From: Nemertoderma westbladi
Taxonomy: Eukaryota; Animalia; Xenacoelomorpha
DNA length: 64,000 nucleotides
Assembly (NCBI GenBank): GCA_032718475.1
Contig: JAUCBJ010006329.1
Location: forward strand, 1-64,000
Direction of reading: 5' to 3'
The notes under the pieces: model-generated
The model's database searches: none
What the model saw: only the letters and a program-made list of their open reading frames with translations
What the model was told of the DNA's origin: nothing
Translations under genes and position numbers: made by a program
Part shown: piece by piece, positions 1 through 15,000 of the stretch
How the letters are laid out: each line of letters opens with the position of its first letter
Position numbering within the stretch: position 1 is the stretch's first letter

Positions 1-3000
1 AATAAATATTCTAGAACACAACAATATTAACAGGGAGATAGGCTACTTATCTCTTCAATCTGAGAGCCTCAAAAAGGGGGATGTTCCGACGCAATCAAAA
101 TTCATCCATCTACAGGGGAAAAACGAAGCAAAGAACAGTTGATTACTTCTATGAATGTAAGTGTTACCTGCTCCTTTGACTTTAATTTAAGATTCTTTAT
201 CTTTTGGAGTGGGTTAGAAGTCATGAATATGAAGAACGATGTCGTTTTTTGTAAAAAATCTGAGGATATTTTGATAAATTATTGCTGAAAAACCCCAAGG
301 ATTTTGACATGGCTTTAATACTTCATTATGTTCATGAAATAGCTGAGAAATTTGAGGTGAGTTGTTGTATTACATATTAACTTCGGCTCCAGCCGCTTTG
401 GCAATACGATGAAACTATAATAAATATTCTAGAACACAACAATATTAACAGGGAGATAGGCTACTTATCTCTTCACTCTGAGAGCCTCAAAAACGGGGTG
501 TTCCGACGCAATCAAATTTCATACATCTCCAGGGGAAAGACGAAGCAAAGAACAGCTGATTACTTCTATAAATGTAAGTGTTACCTGTTCTTTTGACTTT
601 CATTTAAGATTCGCAACCTCATGGAGTGGGTTAGAAGTTATAAATATGAAGATCGATGTGGTTTTTGAAAAAAATCAAAGGATATTTTGATTAATTATTG
701 CTGAAAAACACCAAGGATTTTGACATGGCTTTAATACTTCATTATGTTCATGAAATAGCTGAGAAATTTGAGGTGAATTGTTGCATTATATATTAACTTC
801 AGCTCCAGTCTCATTGGCAATACGATGAAACTATAATAAATATTCTAGAACACAACAATATTAACAGGGAGATAGGATACTTATCTCTTCACTCTGAGAG
901 CCTCAAAAAGGGGGTGTTCCGACGCAATCAAAATTCATCCATCTACAGGGGAAAAACGAAGCAAAGAACAGTTGATTACTTCTATAAATGTAAGTGTTAC
1001 CTGCTCCTTTGACTTTCATTTAAGATTCTTTATCTTTTGGAGTGGGTTAGAAGTCATGAATATGAAGAACGATGTCGTTTTTTGTAAAAAATCTCAGGAT
1101 ATTTTGATAAATTATTGCTGAAAAACCCCAAGGATTTTGACATGGCTTTAATACTTCATTATGTTCATGAAATAGCTGAGAAATTTGAGGTGAGTTGTTG
1201 TATTACATATTAACTTCGGCTCCAGCCGCTTTGGCAATACGATGAAACTATAATAAATATTCTAGAACACAACAATATTAACAGGGAGATAGGCTACTTA
1301 TCTCTTCACTCTGAGAGCCTCAAAAAGGGGGTGTTCCGACGCAATCAAAATTCATCCATCTACAGGGGAAAAACGAAGCAAAGAACAGTTGATTACTTCT
1401 ATAAATGTAAGTGTTACCTGCTCCTTTGACTTTCATTTAAGATTCTTTATCTTTTGGAGTGGGTTAGAAGTCATGAATATGAAGAACGATGTCGTTTTTG
1501 AAAAAAATCAGAGGATATTTTGATAAATTATTGCTGAAAAACCCCAAGCATTTTGACATGGCTTTAATACTTCATTATATTCATGAAATAGCTGAGATAT
1601 TTGAGGTGAATTATCGTATCACATATTAACTTCGGCTCCAGGCGCTTTGGCAATACGATGAAACTATAATATATATTCTAGAACACAACAATATTAACAG
1701 GGAGATAGGCTACTTATCTCTTCACTCTGAGAGCCTCAAAAAGGGGGTGTTCCGATGCAATCAAAATTCTTCCATCTCCAGGGGAAAGACGAAGCAAATA
1801 ACAGCTGATTACTTCTATAAATGTAAGTGTTACCAGTTCTTTTGACTTTCATTTAAGATTCTTTATCTTGTGGAGTGGGTTAGAAGTCATGAATAAGAAA
1901 ATCGATTTCGTTTTTTGTAAAAAATCTGAGGATATTTTGATAAATTATTGCTGAAAAACCCCAAGGATTTTGACATGGCTTTGATACTTCATTATTTTTC
2001 ATGAAAATCTGAGATATTTGAGGTGAATTATTGTATCACATATTAACTTCGGCTCCAGGCGCTTTGGCAATACGATGAAACTATAATATATATTCTAGAA
2101 CACAACAATACTAACAGGGATATAGGCTACTTATCTCTTCACTATGAGAGCCTCAAAAAGGGGGTGTTCCGACGCAATCAAAATTCATCCATCTCCAGGG
2201 GAAAGACGAAGCAAATAATAGCTGATTACTTCTATAAATGTAAGTGTTGTGTTACCTGTTCTTTTGACTTTCATTTAAGATTCTTTATCTTGTGGAGTGG
2301 GTTAGAAGTCATGAATAAGAAAATCGATTTCGTTTTTTGTAAAAAATCTGAGGATATTTTGATAAATTATTGCTGAAAAACCCAAAGGATTTTGACATGG
2401 CTTTAATACTCATTATATTCATGAAATAGCTGAGATATTTGAGGTGAATTATTGCGTTACATATTAACTTTGGCTCCAGCCGCTTTGGCAATACGATGAA
2501 ACTATAATAAAAATTCTAGATCACAACAATATTAACAGGGAGATAGGCTACTTATCTCTTCACTCTGAGAGCCTCAAAAACGGGGTGTTCCTACGCAATC
2601 AAATTTCATCCATCTCCAGGGGAAAGACGAAGCCAATAACAGCTGATTACTTCTATAAATGTAAGTGCTACCTGTTCTTTTGACTTTCATTTAAGATTCT
2701 TTATCTTTTGGAGTGGGTTAGAAGTCATGAATATGAAGAACGATGTCGTTTTTTGTAAAAAATCTGAGGATATTTTGATAAATTATTGCTGAAAAACCCC
2801 AAGGATTTTGACATGGCTTTAATACTTCATTATGTTCATGAAATAGCTGAGAAATTTGAGGTGAGTTTTTGTATTACATATTAACTTCGGCTCCAGCCGC
2901 TTTGGCAATACGATGAAACTATAATAAATATTCTAGAACACAACAATATTAACAGGGAGATAGGCTACTTATCTCTTCACTCTGAGAGCCTCAAAAACGG

Positions 3001-6000
3001 GGTGTTCCGACGCAATCAAATTTAATACATCTCCAGGGGAAAGACGAAGCAAAGAACAGCTGATTACTTCTATAAATGTAAGTGTTACCTGTTCTTTTGA
3101 CTTTCATTTAAGATTCGCAACCTCATGGAGTGGGTTAGAAGTTATAAATATGAAAATCGATGTGGTTTTTGAAAAAAATCAGAGGATATTTTGATTAATT
3201 ATTGCTGAAAAACCCCAAGCATTTTGACATGGCTTTAATACTTCATTATATTCATGAAATAGCTGAGATATTTGAGGTGAATTATTGTATCACATATTAA
3301 CTTCGGCTCCAGGCGCTTTGGCAATACGATGAAACTATAATATATATTCTAGAACACAACAATATTAACAGGGAGATAGGCTACTTATCTCTTCACTCTG
3401 AGAGCCTCAAAAAGGGGGTGTTCCGATGCAATCAAAATTCTTCCATCTCCAGGGGAAAGACGAAGCAAATAACAGCTGATTACTTCTATAAATGTAAGTG
3501 TTACCAGTTCTTTTGACTTTCATTTAAGATTCTTTATCTTGTGGAGTGGGTTAGAAGTCATGAATAAGAAAATCGATTTCGTTTTTTGTAAAAAATCTGA
3601 GGATATTTTGAGAAATTATTGCTGAAAAACCCCAAGGATTTTGACATGGCTTTGATACTTCATTATTTTTCATGAAAATCTGAGATATTTGAGGTGAATT
3701 ATTGCATTACATAATAACTTTAACTGCAGCCACATTAGCAATACGATGAAACTATAATAAATATTCTAGAACACAACCATATTAACAGGGAGATAGGCTA
3801 CTTATCTCTCCACTCTGAGAGCCTGAAAAAAGGGGGTGTTCCGACGCTATCAAAATTAATCCATCTCCTGGGGAAAGACGAAGCAAAGAACAGCTGATTA
3901 CTTCTATAAATGAAAGTGTTACCTGCTCCTTTGACTTTCATTTAATCAAATTTCATCCATCTCCAGGGGAAAGACGAAGCAAAGAATAGCTGATTTCTTC
4001 TATAAATGAAAGTGTTACCTGCTCTTTTGACTTTCATTTAAGATTCGCTATCTCATGGAGTGGGTTAGAAGTTATAAATATAAAAATTGATGTGGTTTTT
4101 AAAAAAAATCAAAGGATATTTTGATAAATTATTGCTGAAAAACCCCAAGGATTTTGACAGGGCTTTAATACTTCATTATGTTCATGAAATAGCTGAGATA
4201 TTTGAGGTGAATTATTGCGTTACATATTAACTTTGGCTCCAGCCGCTTTGGCAATACGATGAAACTATACTAAATATTCTAGAACACAACAATATTAACA
4301 TGGAGATAGGCTATTTATCTCTCCACTCAGACAGCCACAGATAGGGATGGGTGTTTTGACACAATCAAAATTCAACCATCTCCAGGGGAAAGACGAAGCA
4401 AATAACAGCTGATTACTTCTATAAAGGAAAGTGTTACCTGTTCTTATGACTTTCGTTTCAGATTCTCTATCTCGTGGAGTGGATTAGAAGTGATAAATAT
4501 GAAAATCGATGTGGTTTTTGAAAAAAATTAGACGATATTTTGATAAATTATTGCTGAAAAACCCCAAGGATTTTGACATGGCTTTAATACTCATTATATT
4601 CATGAAATAGCTGAGATATTTGAGGTGAATTATTGCATTACATATTAACTTTGGCTCCAGCCGCTTTGGCAATACGATGAAACAATAATAAATATTCTAG
4701 AACACAACAATATTAACAGGGAGATAGGCTACTTATCTCTTCACTCTGAGAGCCTCAAAGAGGGGGTGTTCCGACGCAATCAAAATTCATCCATATCCAG
4801 GGGAAAGACGAAGCAAATAACAGCTGATTACTTCTATAAATGTAAGTGTTACCAGTTCTTTTGACTTTCATTTAAGATTCTTTATTTTGTGGAGTGGGTT
4901 AGAAGTCATGAATAAGAAAACCGATTTCGTTTTTTGTAAAAAATCTGAGGATATTTTGATAAATTATTGCTGAAAAACCCCAAGGATTTTGACATGGCTT
5001 TAATACTTCATTATGTTCATGAAAAAACTGAGATATTTGAGGTGAATTAATGCATTACATAATAACTTCAGCCACTTTAGCAATACGATGAAACTATAAT
5101 AAATATTCAAGAACACAACAATATTAACATGGAGATAGGCTATTTATCTCTCCACTCAGACAGCCACAGATAGGGAGGGGTGTTTTGACACAATCAAAAT
5201 TCAAACATCTCCAGGGGAAGACGAAGCAATTAATAGCTGATAACTTCTATAAATGTAAGTGTTACCTGTTCTTTAGACTTTCGTTTAAGATTGTCGATCT
5301 CTTGGATTGGGTTAGAAGTCATGAATATGATAATCGATGTCGTTTTTAGTAAAAAATCAGAGGAGATTTTAATAAATTATTGCTGAAAAACACCAAGGAT
5401 TTTGACAAGGATTTAATACTCATTATATTCATGAAATAGCAGAGATATTTGAGGTGAATTATTGCATTACATATTAACTTTGGCTCCAGCCGCTTTGGCA
5501 ATACGATGAAACTATAATAAATATTCTAGAACACAACAATATTAACAGGGAGATAGGCTACTCATCTCTTCACTCTGACAGCCTCAAAAAGGGGGTGTTC
5601 CGACGCAATCAAAATTAATCCATCTCCAGGGGAAAGACGAAGCAAAGAATAGCTGATTACTTCTATAAATGTAAGTGTTACCTGTTCTTTAGACTTTCGT
5701 TTAAGATTGTCGATCTCTTGGATTGGGTTAGAAGTCTTGAATATGATAATCGATGTCGTTTTTAGTAAAAAATCAGAGGAGATTTTTATAAATTATTGCT
5801 GAAAAACACCAAGGATTTTGACAAGGATTTAATACTCATTATATTCATGAAATAGCAGAGATATTTGAGGTGAATTATTGCATTACATATTAACTTTGGC
5901 TCCAGCCGCTTTGGCAATACGATGAAACTATAATAAATATTCTAGAACACAACAATATTAACAGGGAGATAGGCTACTCATCTCTTCACTCTGACAGCCT

Positions 6001-9000
6001 CAAAAAGAGGGTGTTCCGACGCAATCAAAATTAATCCATCTCCAGGGGAAAGACGAAGCAAAGAACAGCTGATTACTTCTATAAATGTAAGTGTTACCTG
6101 TTCTTTTGACTTTCATTTAAGATTCGCTATCTCATTGAGTGGGTTAGAAGTTATAAATATAAAAATCGATGTGGTTTTTGAAAAAAATCAAAGGATATTT
6201 TGATTAATTATTGCTGAAAAACACCAAGGATTTTGACATGGCTTTAATACTCATTATGTTCATGAAATAGCTGAGATATTTGAGGTGAATTATTGTATTA
6301 CATATTAACTTTGGCTCCAGCCGCTTTGGCAATACGATGAAACTATAATAAAAATTCTAGACCACAACAATATTAACAGGGAGATAGGCTACTTATCTCT
6401 TCATTCTGAGAGCCTCAAAAAGGGGGTGTTCCAACGCAATCAAAATTCATCCATCTCCTGGGGAAAGACGAAGCAAATAACAGCTGATTACTTCTATAAA
6501 TGAAAGTGTTACCTGCTCCTTTGACTTTCATTTAAGATTCTTTATCTTTTGCAGTGGGTTAGAAGTCATGATTATGAAAAACGATGTCGTTTTTTTGTAA
6601 AAAATCTGAGGAGATTTTGATAAATTATTGCAGAAAAACCCCAAGGATTATGACATGGCTTTAATACTTCATTATGTTCATGAAAAAACTGAGATATTTG
6701 AGGTGAGTTATTGTATTACATATTAACTTCGGCTCCAGCCGCTTTGGTAATACGATTAAACTATAATAAATATTCTAGAACACAACAATATTAACAGGGA
6801 GATAGGCTACTTATCTCTTCACTCTGAGAGCCTCAAGAACGGGGTGTTCCGACGCAATCAAATTTCATTCATCTCCATGGGAAAGACGAAGCAAAGAACA
6901 GCTGATTACTTCTATAAATGTAAGTGTTACCTGTTCTTTTGACTTTCATTTAAGATTCGCTATCTCATAGAGTGGGTTAGAAGTTATAAATATGAAAATC
7001 GTTGTGGTTTTTGAAAAAAATCTGAGGATATTTTGATAAATTATTGCTGAAAAACACCAAGGATTTTGACATGGCTTTAATACTTCATTATGTTCATGAA
7101 ATAGCTGAGATATTTGAGGTGAATTATTGCATTACATAATAACTTTAACTGCAGCCACATTAGCAATACGATGAAACTATAATAAATATTCTAGAACACA
7201 ACAATATTAACAGGGAGATAGGCTACTTATCTCTCCACTCTGAGAGCCTCAAAAAGGGGGTGTTCCGACGCTATCAAAATTCATCCATCTCCTGGGGAAA
7301 GACGAAGCAAAGAACAGCTGATTACTTCTATAAATGAAAGTGTTACCTGCTCCTTTGACTTTCATTTAAGATTCTTTATCTTTTGGAGTGGGTTAGAAGT
7401 CATGAATATGAAAAACGATGTCGTTTTTTGTAAAAAATCTGAGGATATTTTGATAAATTATTGCTGAAAAACACCAAGGATTTTGACATGGCTTTAATAC
7501 TTCATTATGTTCATGAAAAAACTGAGATATTTGAGGTGAATTATTGCATTACATAATAACTTTAACTCCAGCCACTTTAGCAATACGATGAAACTATACT
7601 AAATATTCTAGAACACAACAATATTAACATGGAGATAGGCTATTTATCTCTCCACTCAGACAGCCACAGATAGGGAGGCGTGTTTTGACACAATCAAAAT
7701 TCAACCATCTCCAGGGGAAGACGAAGCAAATAACAGCTGATAACTTCTATAAATGTAAGTGTTACCTGTTTTTTGACTTTCGTTTAAGATTCTTTATCTT
7801 GTGGACTGGGATAGAAGTCATGAATATGAAAATCGATGTCGTTTTTTGTAAAAAATCGGAGGAGATTTTGATAAATTATTTTGACATGGCTTTAATACTT
7901 CATTATGTTCATGAAAAAACTGAGATATTTGAGGTGAATTCTTGCATTACATAATAACTTTAACTCCAGCCACTTTAGCAATACGATGAAACTATACTAA
8001 ATATTGTAGAACACAACAATATTAACAGGGAGATAGGCTACTTATCTCTTCACTCTGAGAGCCTCAAGAACGGGGTGTTCCGACGCAATCAAATTTCATT
8101 CATCTCCATGGGAAAGACGAAGCAAAGAACAGCTGATTACTTCTATAAATGTAAGTGTTACCTGTTCTTTTGACTTTCATTTAAGATTCGCTATCTCATA
8201 GAGTGGGTTAGAAGTTATAAATATGAAAATCGTTGTGGTTTTTGAAAAAAATCAAAGGATATTTTGATTAATTATTGCTGAAAAACACCAAGGATTTTGA
8301 CATGGCTTTAATACTTCATTATGTTCATGAAAAAACTGAGATATTTGAGGATTATTAAACTATAATAAATATTCTAGAACACAACAATATTAACAGGGAG
8401 ATAGGCTACTTATCTCCTTCACTCTGAGAGCCTCAATAACGGGGTGTTCCGACGCAATCAAATTTCATTCATCTCCATGGGAAAGACGATGCAAAGAACA
8501 GCTGATTACTTCTATAAATGTAAGTGTTACCTGTTCTTTTGACTTTCATTTAAGATTCGCTATCTCATAGAGTGGGTTAGAAGTTATAAATATGAAAATC
8601 GTTGTGGTTTTTGAAAAAAATCAAAGGATATTTTGATTAATTATTGCTGAAAAACACCAAGGATTTTGACATGGCTTTAATACTTCATTATGTTCATGAA
8701 ATAGCTGAGATATTTGAGGTGAATTATTGCGTTACATATTAACTTTGGCTCCAGCCGCTTTGGCAATACGATGAAACTATAATAAAAATTCTAGACCACA
8801 ACAATATTAACAGGGAGATAAGCTACTTATCTCTTCACTATGAGAGCCTCAAAAAGGGGGTGTTCCGACGCAATCAAAATTCATCCATCTCCAGGGGAAA
8901 GACGAAGCAAAGAATAGCTGATTACTTCTATAAATGTAAGTGTTACCTGTTCTTATGACTTTCGTTTAAGATTCTCTATCTTGTGGAGTGGGTTAGAAGT

Positions 9001-12000
9001 TATAAATATGAAAATCGATGTGGTTTTTGAAAAAAATCAGAGGATATTTTGATTAATTATAGCTGAAAAACCCCAAGGATTTTGACATGGCTTTAATACT
9101 CATTATATTCATGAAATAGCTGAGATATTTGAGGTGAATTATTGCGTTACATATTAACTTTGGCTCCAGCCGCTTTGGCAATACGATGAAACTATAATAA
9201 AAATTCTAGACCACAACAATATTAACAGGGAGATAGGCTACTTATCTCTTCATTCTGAGAGCCTCAAAAAGGGGGTGTTCCGACTCAATCAAAATTCATC
9301 CATCTCCTGGGGAAAGACGAAGCAAATAACAGCTGATTACTTCTATAAAGGAAAGTGTTACCTGTTCTTATGACTTTCGTTTAAGATTATCTATCTCGTG
9401 GAGTGGATTATAAGTTATAAATATGAAAATCGATGTGGTTTTTGAAAAAAATCAGAGGATATTTTGATAAATTATTGCTGAAAAACCCCAAGGATTTTGA
9501 CATGGCTTTAATACTCATTATATTCATGAAATAGCTGAGATATTTGAGGTGAATTATTGCATTACATATCAACTTTGGCTCCAGCCGCTTTGGCAATACG
9601 ATGAAACTATAATAAATATACTAGAACACAACAATATTAACAGGGAGATAGGCTACTTATCTCTCCACTCTGAGAGCCTCAAAAAGGGGGTGTTCCGATG
9701 CAATCAAAATTCATCCATCTCCAGGGGAAAGACGAAGCAAAGAATAGCTGATTACTTCTATAAATGTAAGTGTTACCTGTTCTTTTGACTTTCATTTAAG
9801 ATTGTTTATCTTGTGGAGTGGGTTAGAAATCATGAATATGAAAATCGATGTCGTTTTTTGTAAAAAATCTGAGGATATTTTGATAAATTATTGCTGAAAA
9901 ACCCCAAGGATTTTGACATAGCTTTAATACTCATTATATTCATGAAATAGCTGAGATATTTGAGGTGAATTATTGCGTTACATATTAACTTTGGCTCCAG
10001 CCGCTTTGGCAATACGATGAAACTATAATAAATATACTAAAACACAACAATATTAACAGGGAGATAGGCTACTTATCTCTCCACTCTGAGAGCCTCAAAA
10101 AGGGGGTGTTCCGACGCAATCAAAATTCATCCATCTCCAGGGGAAAGACGAAGCAAAGAATAGCTAATTACTTCTATAAATGTAAGTGTTACCTGTTCTT
10201 TTGACTTTCATTTAAGATTGTTTATCTTGTGGAGTGGGTTAGAAATCATGAATATGAAAATCGATGTCGTTTTTTGTAAAAAATCTGAGGATATTTTGAT
10301 AAATTATTGCTGAAAAACCCCAAGGATTTTGACATGGCTTTAATACTCATTATAATTCATGAAAAAACTGAGATATTTGAAGTGAATTATTGCATTACAT
10401 AATAACTTTAACTCTAGCCACATTAGCAATACGATGAAACTATAATAAAAATTCTAGAACACAACAATATTAACAGGGAGATAGGCTACTTATCTCTTCA
10501 TTCTGAGAGCCTCAAAAAGGGGGTGTTCCGACGCAATCAAAGTTCATCCATCTCCTGGGGAAAGACGAAGCAAATAACAGCTGATTACTTCTATAAATGT
10601 AAGTGTTACCTGTTCTTATGACTTTTGTTTAAGATTCTCTATCTCGTGGAGTGGATTAGAAGTTATAAATATGAAAATCGATGTGGTTTTTGAAAAAAAT
10701 CAGAGGATATTTTGATAAATTATTGCTGAAAAACCCCAAGGATTTTGACATGGCTTTAATACTTCATTATGTTCATAAAAAAACTGAGATATTTGAGGAT
10801 TATTAAACTATAATAAATATTCTAGAACACAACAATATTAACAGGGAGATAGGCTACTTATCTCTTCACTCTGAGAGCCTCAAGAACGGGGTGTTCCGAC
10901 GAAATCAAATTTCATTCATCTCCATGGGAAAGACGACGCAAAGAACAGCTGATTACTTCTATAAATGTAAGTGTTACCTGTTCTTTTGAATTTCATTTAA
11001 GATTCGCTATCTCATAGAGTGGGTTAGAAGTTATAAATATGAAAATCGTTGTGGTTTTTGAAAAAAATCAAAGGATATTTTGATTAATTATTGCTGAAAA
11101 ACACCAAGGATTTTAACATGGCTTTAATACTTCATTATGTTCATGAAATAGCTGAGATATTTGAGGTGAATTATTGCATTACATAATAACTTTAACTGAA
11201 GCCACATTAGCAATACGATGAAACTATAATAAATATTCTAGAACACAACAATATTAACAGGGAGATAGGCTACTTATCTCTCCACTCTGAGAGCCTCAAA
11301 AAGGGCGTGTTCCGGCGCTATCAAAATTCATCCATCTCCTGGGGAAAGACGAAGCAAAGAACAGCTGATTACTTCTATAAATGAAAGTGTTACCTGCTCC
11401 TTTGACTTTCATTTAAGATTCTTTATCTTTTGGAGTGGGTTAGAAGTCATGAATATGAAAAACGATGTCGTTTTTTGTAAAAAATCTGAGGATATTTTGA
11501 TAAATTATTGCTGAAAAACCCCAAGGATTTTGACATGGCTTTAATACTTCATTATGTTCATGAAAAAACTGAGATATTTGAGGTGAATTATTGCATTACA
11601 TAATAACTTTAACTCCAGCCACTTTAGCAATACGATGAAACTATACTAAATATTCTAGAACACAACAATATTAACATGGAGATAGGCTATTTATCTCTCC
11701 ACTCAGGCAGCCACAGATAGGGAGGGGTGTTTTGACACAATCAAAATTCAACCATCTCCAGGGGAAAGACGAAGCAAATAACAGCTGATTACTTCTATAA
11801 ATGTAAGTGTTACCTGTTCTTTTGACTTTCATTTAAGATTCGCTATCTCATAGAGTGGGTTAGAAGTTATAAATATGAAAATCGTTGTGGTTTTTGAAAA
11901 AAATCAAAGGATATTTTGATTAATTATTGCTGAAAAACACCAAGGATTTTAACATGGCTTTAATACTTCATTATGTTCATGAAATAGCTGAGATATTTGA

Positions 12001-15000
12001 GGTGAATTATTGCATTACATAATAACTTTAACTGCAGCCACATTAGCAATACGATGAAACTATAATAAATATTCTAGAACACAACAATATTAACAGGGAG
12101 ATAGGCTACTTATCTCTCCACTCTGAGAGCCTCAAAAAGGGCGTGTTCCGACGCTATCAAAATTCATCCATCTCCTGGGGAAAGACGAAGCAAAGAACAG
12201 CTGATTACTTCTATAACTGAAAGTGTTACCTGTTCTTATGACTTTCGTTTAAGATTCTCTATCTTGTGGAGTGGATTAGAAGTTATAAATATGAAAATCG
12301 ATGTGGTTTTTGAAAAAAATCAGAGGATATTTTGATAAATTATTGCTGAAAAACCCCAAGTATTTTGACATGGCTTTAATACTCATTATATTCATGAAAT
12401 AGCTGAGATATTTGAGGTGAATTATTGCGTTACATATTAACTTTGGCTCCAGCCGCTTTGGCAATACGATGAAACTATAATAAAAATTCTAGACCACAAC
12501 AATATTAACAGGGAGATAGGCTACTTATCTCTTCATTCTGAGAGCCTCAAAAAGGGGGTGTTCCGACGCAATCAAAATTTATCCATCTCCTGGGGAAAGA
12601 CGAAGCAAATAACAGCTGATTTCTTCTATAAATGAAAGTATTACCTGCTCTTTTGACTTTCATTTAAGATTCTCTATCTCGTGGAGTGGATTATAAGTTA
12701 TAAATATGAAAATCGATGTGGTTTTTGAAAAAAATCAGAGGATATTTTGATAAATTATTGCTGAAAAACCCCAAGGATTTTGACATGGCTTTAATACTTC
12801 ATTATGTTCATGAAAAAACTGAGATATTTGAGGATTATTAAACTATAATAAATATTCTAGAACACAACAATATTAACAGGGAGATAGGCTACTTATCTCT
12901 TCACTCTGAGAGCCTCAAGAACGGGGTGTTCCGACGCAATCAAATTTCATTCATCTCCATGGGAAAGACGACGCAAAGAACAGCTGATTACTTCTATAAA
13001 TGTAAGTGTTACCTGTTCTTTTGAATTTCATTTAAGATTCGCTATCTCATAGAGTGGGTTAGAAGTTATAAATATGAAAATCGTTGTGGTTTTTGAAAAA
13101 AATCAAAGGATATTTTGATTAATTATTGCTGAAAAACACCAAGGATTTTAACATGGCTTTAATACTTCATTATGTTCATGAAATAGCTGAGATAATTGAG
13201 GTGAATTATTGCATTACATAATAACTTTAACTGAAGCCACATTAGCAATACGATGAAACTATAATAAATATTCTAGAACACAACAATATTAACAGGGAGA
13301 TAGGCTACTTATCTCTCCACTCTGAGAGCCTCAAAAAGGGCGTGTTCCGACGCTATCAAAATTCATCCATCTCCTGGGGAAAGACGAAGCAAAGAACAGC
13401 TGATTACTTCTATAAATGAAAGTGTTACCTGCTCCTTTGACTTTCATTTAAGATTCTTTATCATTTGGAGTGGGTTAGAAGTCATGAATATGAAAAACGA
13501 TGTCGTTTTTTGTAAAAAATCTGAGGATATTTTGATAAATTATTGCTGAAAAACCCCAAGGATTTTGACATGGCTTTAATACTTCATTATGTTCATGAAA
13601 AAACTGAGATATTTGAGGTGAATTACATAATAACTTTAACTCCAGCCACTTTAGCAATACGATGAAACTATACTAAATATTCTAGAACACAACAATATTA
13701 ACATGGAGATAGGCTATTTATCTCTCCACTCAGGCAGCCACAGATAGGGAGGGGTGTTTTGACACAATCAAAATTCAACCATCTCCAGGGGAAAGACGAA
13801 GCAAATAACAGCTGATTACTTCTATAAATGTAAGTGTTACCTGTTCTTTTGACTTTCATTTAAGATTCGCTATCTCATAGAGTGGGTTAGAAGTTATAAA
13901 TATGAAAATCGTTGTGGTTTTTGAAAAAAATCAAAGGATATTTTGATTAATTATTGCTGAAAAACCCCAAGGATTTTAACATGGCTTTAATACTTCATTA
14001 TGTTCATGAAATAGCTGAGATATTTGAGGTGAATTATTGCATTACATAATAACTTTAACTGCAGCCACATTAGCAATACGATGAAACTATAATAAATATT
14101 CTAGAACACAACAATATTAACAGGGAGATAGGCTACTTATCTCTTTATTCTGAGAGCCTCAAAAAGGGGGTGTTCCGACGCAATCAAAATTCATCCATCT
14201 CCTGGGGAAAGACGAAGCAAATAACAGCTGATTACTTCTATAAAGGAAAGTGTTACCTGTTCTTATGACTTTCGTTTAAGATTCTCTATCTCGTGGAGTG
14301 GATTATAAGTTATAAATATGAATATCGATGTGGTTTTTGAAAAAAATCAGAGGATATTTTGATAAATTATTGCTGAAAAACCCCAAGGATTTTGACATGG
14401 CTTTAATACTCATTATATTCATGAAATAGCTGAGATATTTGAGGTGAATTATTGCGTTACATATTAACTTTGGCTCCAGCCGCTTTGGCAATACGATGAA
14501 ACTATAATAAATATTATAGAACACAACAATATTAACAGGGAGATAGGCTACTTATCTCTCCACTCTGAGAGCCTCAAAAAGGGCATGTTCCGACGCTATC
14601 AAAATTCATCCATCTCCTGGGGAAAGACGAAGCAAAGAACAGCTGATTACTTATATAACTGAAAGTGTTGCCTGTTCTTATGACTTTCGTTTAAGATTCT
14701 CTATCTTGTGGAGTGGATTAGAAGTTATAAATATGAAAATCGATGTGGTTTTTGAAAAAAATCAGAGGATATTTTGATAAATTATTGCTGAAAAACCCCA
14801 AGTATTTTGACATGGCTTTAATACTCATTATATTCATGAAATAGCTGAGATATTTGAGGTGAATTATTGCGTTACATATTAACTTTGGCTCCAGCCGCTT
14901 TGGCAATACGATGAAACTATAATAAAAATTCTAGACCACAACAATATTAACAGGGAGATAGGCTACTTATCTCTTCATTCTGAGAGCCTCAAAAAGGGGG

